Below the pieces are notes generated by a model. That model saw only the letters and a program-made list of their open reading frames with translations. It had not been told where the DNA came from and searched no databases. 64,000 nucleotides of DNA from Eledone cirrhosa (lineage: Eukaryota), in contig OZ024765.1 of NCBI GenBank assembly GCA_964016885.1, positions 13,826,001 to 13,890,000 on the forward strand, read 5' to 3'. A program made the translations under genes and the position numbers. Shown one piece after another: positions 56,059 to 64,000 of the stretch (its first letter is position 1; each line of letters opens with the position of its first letter).

Positions 56059-57568
56059 CTGAAATTTAGACAGAATAAATAAATAATAAACAAATAATGG
56101 TTTCTTATATAGGCACAAGGCCAGCAATTTTGGGGAGGGGAAAGTCGATTTAATCGACACCAGTGCGTGGCTGGTACTTTATTTAATCGACCCCGTGAGG
56201 ATGAAAGTCAAAGTTAACCTTGGCGGGATTTGAACTCATATCATAAATGGCCGTAACTCTATGCTGCAAAGCATGGCGTCTGACTCTTTACCGATACTGC
56301 CAATCCACCGCCCTGAACTCAATAATAATAATAATTGTTTCTACTTTTTGGCACAAGGCCAGCAATTATCCCAGTGTATTACTGGTACTTTATTTTATTG
56401 ACCCCGTAAGGGTGAAAGGCAAAGTTAACCTCGGCGGTATTAGTGCCGTAACTCGGCAGGATAAGGGCCCTAACTCTATGCTGCAAAGCATGGCATCCAA
56501 CACTCTGCCGATCTTGCCAATCCACTGCCCTAAATAAAGCCTTTACCATGAAAATACAATACTATATCATCATCATCATCATCATTTTACGTCCGCTTTT
56601 TCCCTGCTTGCAAGGGTGGGACGGGAGCTGATTCTGGTTTGATTTCTACAGCTGGATGCCCTTCCTAACACCAACCTCATTTACAGTGAGTGCTGGGTGC
56701 TTTTTTGTCGTGGCACCCCACGACCACTTTGCAGTGGAATGATATGGACCCCAGTCCCTATCATCTCATTTCTACAGCTGAGTAAACTGGAGCAATGTGA
56801 AATAAAGTGTCTTGCTCAAGGAAACAACACATCACCCGGTCTGAGAATTGAAGTCACAACCTTTCGATTGCAAGGCCAATGCTCTAACCACTAAGCCATG
56901 TGCCTCCATATATATATATATAAAATAATATAAATATTGTGAGATATTATGGGAGGTAAAGCCTTTACTGTGAAAATTCAATAGTATATATAGGGTAATG
57001 TAAATGTTATGTGAGATATTATGTGAGGTAAAGCCTTTACTGTGAAAATACAATAGTAGATATAGAGTAATGTAAATGTTATGTGAGATATTATTTGAGG
57101 TAAAGCCTTTACTGTGGAAATACAATAGTATATATATAGAGTAATGTAAATGTTATGTGAGATATTATGTGAGGTAAAGCCTTTACTGTGAAAATACAAT
57201 AGTATATATAGAGTAATGTAAATGTTATGTGAGATATTATGTGAGGTAAAGCCTTTACTGTGAAAATACAATAGTATATATAGAGTAATGTAAATGTTAT
57301 GTGAGATATTATGTGAGGTAAAGCCTTTACTGTGAAAATACAATAGTATATATAGAGTAATGTAAATGTTATGTGAGATATTATGTGAGGTAAAGTCTTT
57401 ACTGTGAAAATACAATAGTATATATAGAGTAATGTAAATGTTATGTGAGATATTATGTGAGGTAAAGCCTTTACTGTGAAAATACAATAGTAGATATAGA
57501 GTAATGTAAATGGTAAAGTTGATTAAATCGACCCCAGTGTGTTACTGGTACTTTATTGTAATACTTAC

Positions 57569-57725
57569 GACAGAGCTCCTGCGTCCTCCACTGCACAATT
57601 ACACCTTCATTAGAACATTCTAGAGCATAGGCAGAGAAAATCCTGCAGGCTCCATCTTTATTGTCGGTATCATCGCTGAAGCAGATGTAGTTGACACAGA
57701 GGTCAAACCAGCGATTGACGTCAAC
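57569..57725 (-). CDS. Exon: C8-1 (VDVNRWFDLCVNYIC...AYALECSNEGVIVQWRTQELC)
   Basis: C8 AYA.EC...WR...C motif; ttcag/gtaagt. Confidence 0.92.
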
Positions 57726-57785
57726 CTGAACGTCAATAGATAAATAAATTTATTAATAATTAACAGGTATTCATGCCAGCCCTTG

Positions 57786-57986
57786 TGATGATGTAAATGA
57801 TGATGATGATGATCAAATGATGATGGTGATGATGATGCAAATGATGATGGTGATGGTGATGATGATGATGATGATGATGATGACGATGATGATGCAAATG
57901 ATGGTGGTGATGATGATGATGATGATGATGATGATGCAAATGATGGCGATGATGATGATGATGGAGGTGATGGTGGTTATGATGAT
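57786..57986. repeat. (GAT)n microsatellite
   Basis: Direct. Confidence 0.95.
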
Positions 57987-59227
57987 TTGGCATCATCCTG
58001 CCAAAAACTTTTTTTACCTTTTTCAGGACCCAAATTAAGGGGCCCTATATATATATATATATATTATGGTGGCTGCCAACTCGTTTTCGAGTACGGCCAC
58101 TACTTTATATCCATGTAGGAGAACCCCTACCGATGCGCTGAACGAGTGTGACTTTTTAGTCCAGCCAGCGACTTGAAAACTCTGGTACAAACACTACACT
58201 TGTGACAATTATTGACACATAGTGCTAGGCCCATGGTACCATGTGACGACAAGTGCAGAGAGATCTCCAGATATAAAGCAATGCCTGTGTCGTGAAGCTT
58301 TTATAGTGAGCAAAGGCACTGCACAAAGCCAGTCCCACTCTCTTAACCAAGATGATATTTACCAAAAAGAAGAACAAGTCAACATCATTGGATACCATCA
58401 GGGTTGCAGGTGTTATATCAGAGTTTTCCTTCTCCTAGAATTCTGCCTTGACAAAGGCTAGGGGGTCATCTCTCTCGGTGATTTTGGATGGCCATTGACT
58501 CTTAAGAGCTCCTTTGCCCTTTGACAGGTTTTGTTTTTAGTCCTGCAGGATGTCCAAAGTCACCCTCCTCACCAAGAAACCTTGGTGAGGTTGCCAGTTT
58601 AGTCGCCAACGACCCAACCTTGAGACAGGTTGTACTGGGATACATGTTACCAGTAGCACCAACTGGTGACCTGACACATATATATACACACACATATATA
58701 TATATATACCGTGGAGGCATGTGGCCTTGTGTAAGATTGTTGGACTTACGATCATTATGTCGTGGGTTTGATTCCTGGGTTGTGTGTTGTGTTCTTGTGC
58801 AAAACACTTCATTTCAAGTTGCTCCAGTATACTCAGCTGAAAATGAGTACCAGCAATAGCTGGGGGTTTAAACCCTGCAATGGACTAGCATCCTGTCCAG
58901 GGGGGAGTCTTGTACTCTCAGTCGCTTCACACCATGAACCCAGCATAAGCACTGGCCTAACGAGCCTTCTATCTTAAGACAGACTTTAACCCTGCAATGG
59001 ACTAGCATCCTGTCCAGGGGGGAGTCTTGTACTCTCAGTCGCTTCACACCATGAACCCAGCATAAGCACCGGCCTAACGAGCCTTCTATCTTAAGACAGA
59101 CTTTAGACTTTTATATATATATATATATATATACACACACTTACATACACATACACACACACATACACACTTACACACACTCATACTCTCCAGACTCCAC
59201 AGTGTTAAGTAAGATCTCTTCACTCAC

Positions 59228-59341
59228 CTTCCTGTTACATTCACTAAACTTGTAAGATTTGATGCTGCTACATATTTGAATGGCGGTTTGTTCCCTGTAT
59301 TTGTTGATACACTGTCTTGGGAACCTCTCTGAAGGGATACA
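59228..59341 (-). CDS. Exon: linker/start of C8-1 ([38 protein letters not shown])
   Basis: ttccag/gtgagt; phase 0-0. Confidence 0.85.
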
Positions 59342-59467
59342 CTGGAATAGAAAGGAAAAGAACCACATTTAGGGAGACTCAGGTGTACCCCTATGATGAC
59401 ACACGCTATGTTAGTGCCCCTTCTAATTACCTCCCTTTCAATGAGATACTCAATACAATTGCTACAT

Positions 59468-59728
<261 letters not shown>

Positions 59729-59905
59729 AGGTTTACATATATATATATAAAGTCACAGATATATATGTGTTTTGCAACGGGTCACTTTTTTGCAACAGGT
59801 CCTTTCCTTTCTAACTTGACCGCTGCCACGTCACGATTCTTAGCCATTTTTAAATGTATTCTTGGCGCGATCACTTTGGAAAATTAATTGTCTAAATTTG
59901 AGCTA

Positions 59906-59983
59906 ACTTCCTGATGAATCCGAAGCTCTAGATATCCCCTGTTATCGGATGTCTTAAAATACGGACGAAACCATGGTAGAGGT
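59906..59983 (+). ncRNA. Type I hammerhead ribozyme with extended stem II
   Basis: ACTTC-CTGATGA-A(TCCG...CGGA)C-GAAA-CCATGG-TA-GAGGT, between two (TA)n arrays. Confidence 0.72.
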
Positions 59984-60260
59984 AATTAAATATGTACACA
60001 TTTCTTCTAGTTTATTTTACACCTAATTCTGTTTAGTTGACTGTATATCTGGTCGATTTATACATGCTGTCGAAATGTTCGATAAATACTCCGTCGTAAC
60101 CGCCGCTAAGGGGCTGCTTTCGGTTATTTGTCGGAGATTTCTTCATAGGAGCCTTTATTCTTATAGCTTGGTCTAATTGATTTTTTATATGGTTAATTAT
60201 GCTAATTGGGAGAGGAAACGGTATATATTTTATCTAGTGATTCTATAGACATGTTTTATG

Positions 60261-60517
<257 letters not shown>

Positions 60518-60584
60518 CTATATATACATATATATATATATATTAGAAAAGGGAAGTAAGGTTCAATACAAAACAGTGGATGTA

Positions 60585-60957
60585 GAGAAAAGATGAAGTT
60601 GGAAATAGCACGGAAAATATATTTAAGGGTCTGTTTTTCTTTTTTTTATCCTTTCTTTGATTCGTCAAAGTGACATTATTGAAAGAATGACATTATTGAA
60701 AAAATGAGAGGGACAATTCTTTTAAAAGAAAGTTTCATAATTTGATAAGATGAAATTTTAATAATACATCGGAACAAGTAATACTTTATATACTTTATAT
60801 ACTTTATAAAACTTTTTTTAAAAAGAATTGTCCGTCTCATTTTTTCAATAAAGTCATCTTTTCAATAATGTCTCTTTGAAGAATCAAAGAAAGGAACAAA
60901 AAGAATAACAGACCCTAAAATATATTTTATGTGCTATTTCCAACTTCATCTTTTCTC
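60585..60957. repeat. Imperfect inverted repeat, ~165-bp arms
   Basis: gagaaaagatgaagttggaaatagcac... / ...gtgctatttccaacttcatcttttctc. Confidence 0.85.
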
Positions 60958-61354
60958 CATATATATATATATCATCATCATCATCACCGTTTTACGTCCG
61001 TTCTTCCACGCTAGCATGGGTTAGACGGGTTGTCCTGTTGTGGGCAGTGTCTAGTCGGCTGACCATGCCTTGCTCATACAAGAACTGATTTTGGCTTGAT
61101 TTCTACAGCTGGATGCCCTTCCTAACACCAACCTCATTTACAGTGAGTGCTGGGTGCTTTTTCCATGGCACCTCCATGTCCACTTTACAGTGTGGGCTGG
61201 GTGCTTTTTTGCCATGGCACCTCCACGACCACCTTGCAGTGGGAGGGTGTGGGGGCATATTGTCTATATGCTTCAGCTTGTACCCGTGGGAGGTCGAGTA
61301 CTCTGTATTACTGCATATATATATATATAAATACATATATATACATATATATAC

Positions 61355-61394
<40 letters not shown>

Positions 61395-61396
<2 letters not shown>

Positions 61397-63487
61397 TCAT
61401 CATCATCATCATCAACGTTTAACGTCCGTGTTCCACGCTTGCATGGGTTTGGACGGGGGTAGTCCCACTTGAGGCAAGAGTGATTGTCTTGCTCGCATAG
61501 GACTGTCTGGCAGGTTTTCTACAGTTGGATGCCCTTCCTAACACCAACCACATTTACAGTGTGGGTCTGGGAGGTTTTTACCGTGTTGCCTACACGGCCA
61601 CATTACAGCGTGGACTGTGTGTTTTTTTGTCGTGACACCTACACGATCTCATTTGTTTCGGCCTCGATGGCGCGGCACCAACATAACTTTACATAGAACG
61701 GGGTGGTGTGGATCGGGTGGGGGTGGTGGGACGGGGTGTATTTGTTAGAGATGCCTACTGGCTGGAGTAGGTTTTACTATATATTTAGGTAAGGCGGGTC
61801 TTCTCTGTTACTGAGTACCGCCAAAGGTCTCGGTCCAGTGACATTGTCTTGGAGAGGTGTAAGTGTGTGATGTCGGAGTTTATCAGCTCGTCCCAGGTTT
61901 TTCTAGGTCTGCCTATTCCGTGACTACCGTCTATCTTTATTGCCCTGCACTTTGTTATACAGCTATCGACTTTCATGCGCATCACGTGTCCATACCAACG
62001 TAGCCTTCTCTCGAGTAGACAACATCTGATCCCTCTTATCTCTAATTTATTCCTTAGTTCGTTTATGCTTTGCCGTTCACGTATATTACTGTTACACATC
62101 CAGCGGAGCATGCAAGCTTCGTTCCTCTCTAGTCTGCGTATATCCTCTGCACACAATGCCCAGGTCTCACTGCCATGCAGCATTGCTGTTCGTATGCAGG
62201 CATCGTACAACCTGCCTTTCATTTTTAGTGAGAACCCTTTAGCAGCTAATAGTGGTATAAGCTCTCTGAACTTTTTCCAACCAGTTCTGACTCTAGCTAC
62301 AGTACTTTCAGAGCACCCTCCCCCACTGCTGATTTTATCGCCCAGGTAACGGAAGCTGTCCACTATTTCTATAGAACCCTCTGCGCAATTGAAAGAGCTA
62401 GTATTTTGTGGGCACTTGCTGCTACTTATTGCACCAGAGCACCGGCCACATGTAAAATCTATGTTCTTAGTTAGCCTACCTGTGATCCCACTACATCTTT
62501 TATGCACCCATACTTTGCATTTAGGACATAAAATGGAGTTTCTACCTACGCCTTTCCTACACACCGAGCACGACCATTTCCCAGAAGGGACCGCCGCCTT
62601 GTTTTCTTTCCTACAAACTAGTACTTTGGTCTTAGCCAGGTTAATTTTAAGTCCTTTTGACTCTAGGCCGTGCTTCCATGTTTGGAATTTCTTCTCTAGC
62701 TCGGCCATTGATTCCGCTATGAGTGTCAGGTCGTCTGCGTATAGGAGTTCCCATGGGCAGCCTGTCTTGAACTCCTCTGTTATGGCCTGAAGGGCAATAA
62801 TAAATAGTAGTGGACTGAGAACAGAGCCCTGATGGACGCCGACTTTTACGCTAAACTCTTCACTATATTCGTTGTTAATTCTAACCTTGCTGACTGTTTC
62901 TTTATACATGGCTTGTATAGCCCTCACAAGCCATTCGTCAACGCCTAGTTTTCTAAGAGCCCACCAGATAATGGAGCGGGGGACTCTGTCGAAGGCTTTC
63001 TCCAAGTCGACAAAAGCTAAGTAGAGGGGTTTACCTTTAGCTAGGTACTTCTCTTGTAGTTGTCGTACTATGAAAAGAGCGTCTGTGGTACTTTTGCCTG
63101 ACACAAACCCGAACTGCATTTCATCTAGGTCAATTCTCTCTCTGATTAGTTGCGCTATTACTCTTTCCGTGACCTTCATGACCTGGTCGATTAATTTAAT
63201 GCCTCTATAGTTACTCCTATCTAGGGCGTCTCCTTTACCCTTATAACAGTTAACGATGATGCTGCTATGCCAGTCCTTCGGAACAACCCCGTTTTGTACG
63301 ACTTGGTTAACTATGCGGGTGACCATGGTGTGTCCCACCGTGCCAGATGCCTTCAGCATCTCAGCAACTATTTCCGAAGGCCCAGCCGCCTTACCAGTCT
63401 TCATATCCTTGATTGCCTTACTTATTATACTCCCCTCGACTAACACTGCTGGTCCCTCTATTGGGTCGATATGGGGGAGACTGACTG
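61395..63487 (-). mobile_element. 5'-truncated RTE-clade LINE with open RT ORF (61785-~63485) and 3' UTR ending (GAT)n
   Basis: KAAGP, NYRGI, QFGF, FVDLEKAFD, GVHQGSVLSP, YADD, RRLRWYGH; internal PHD-like Cys cluster. Confidence 0.95.
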
Positions 63488-63513
63488 TATATATATATAT
63501 ATATATATATATA

Positions 63514-63624
63514 CAAGGGTCAGCTGAAATGTTCATGGGCTGACTATGAAGAAGTAAGACTAGAGCTTTTGGTCATTCCATAAGAGTATCTTGGTCAGCC
63601 TATGAACATTTCAGCTGACCCTCA
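63514..63624. mobile_element. Mariner-like MITE (related longer copy ~40945-41280)
   Basis: TA|CAAGGGTCAGCTGAAATGTTCAT...ATGAACATTTCAGCTGACCCTCA|TA. Confidence 0.7.
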
Positions 63625-63674
63625 TATATAAAACATAACAATATCACTCAGAATTAAATATATAAACATCATAC

Positions 63675-63760
63675 TGGGTGTAGACTGTCTGGGATTATGT
63701 AGGAATTGGCAAATTCTTCGGAACTGGTCACATTCTTGTTGTCTCGTGTGATGAAGTCAT
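63675..63760 (-). CDS. Exon: end of VWD1 (DDFITRDNKNVTSSEEFANSYIIPDSLHP)
   Basis: ttacag acceptor, gtatga donor; DDF...FANSY VWD C-terminal pattern; ends phase 0. Confidence 0.85.
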
Positions 63761-64000
63761 CTGTAAGTAGCATAAGATTTCAAGAATGTAAGAATATGAG
63801 ATTATTAGAATATTAGAAGGCTGTTTAATTTATCTTCTACATTTTAAAGGTTTCCAATTTAACCCTTTAGCTTCTTGGCTCTGGTTCTAGAAATATAGCC
63901 ACCAATTCTAAAGAGTTCCTATTTTGTATATAAGAACCTTATGTTACATTACTATCTTAGTAATGAAATCCCTCAATTAACCCTTTAGCATTTAAACCGG

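Overview
AT-rich, repeat-dense animal genomic DNA. The (TA)n arrays, tRNA-headed SINEs and RTE LINEs suggest a coleoid cephalopod such as Octopus (inference). The whole window is internal to one large minus-strand gene. I assembled 34 GT-AG exons by hand (63760 down to 1712, 7443 nt, about 2480 codons, phases consistent at every junction). They encode a VWF/SCO-spondin/gel-forming-mucin-type protein: VWD1(end)-C8-TIL-E, VWD2-C8-TIL-E, TIL'-E', VWD3(GDPH)-C8-TIL-E, six LDLa repeats, then at least four tandemly duplicated ~3-3.7 kb genomic cassettes. Each cassette encodes a Thr-rich mucin tract plus a divergent F5/8-type-C (discoidin)-like domain. Introns hold an RTE LINE with a long open RT ORF, SINEs, MITEs, a Penelope-like remnant, a tRNA-like gene and TE-derived minisatellites. 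The most striking hidden signal is about 17 type I hammerhead ribozyme motifs from several unrelated sequence families. Most lie beside (TA)n tracts, and many sit in divergent inverted repeats that form 200-530 nt hairpins inside the pre-mRNA.
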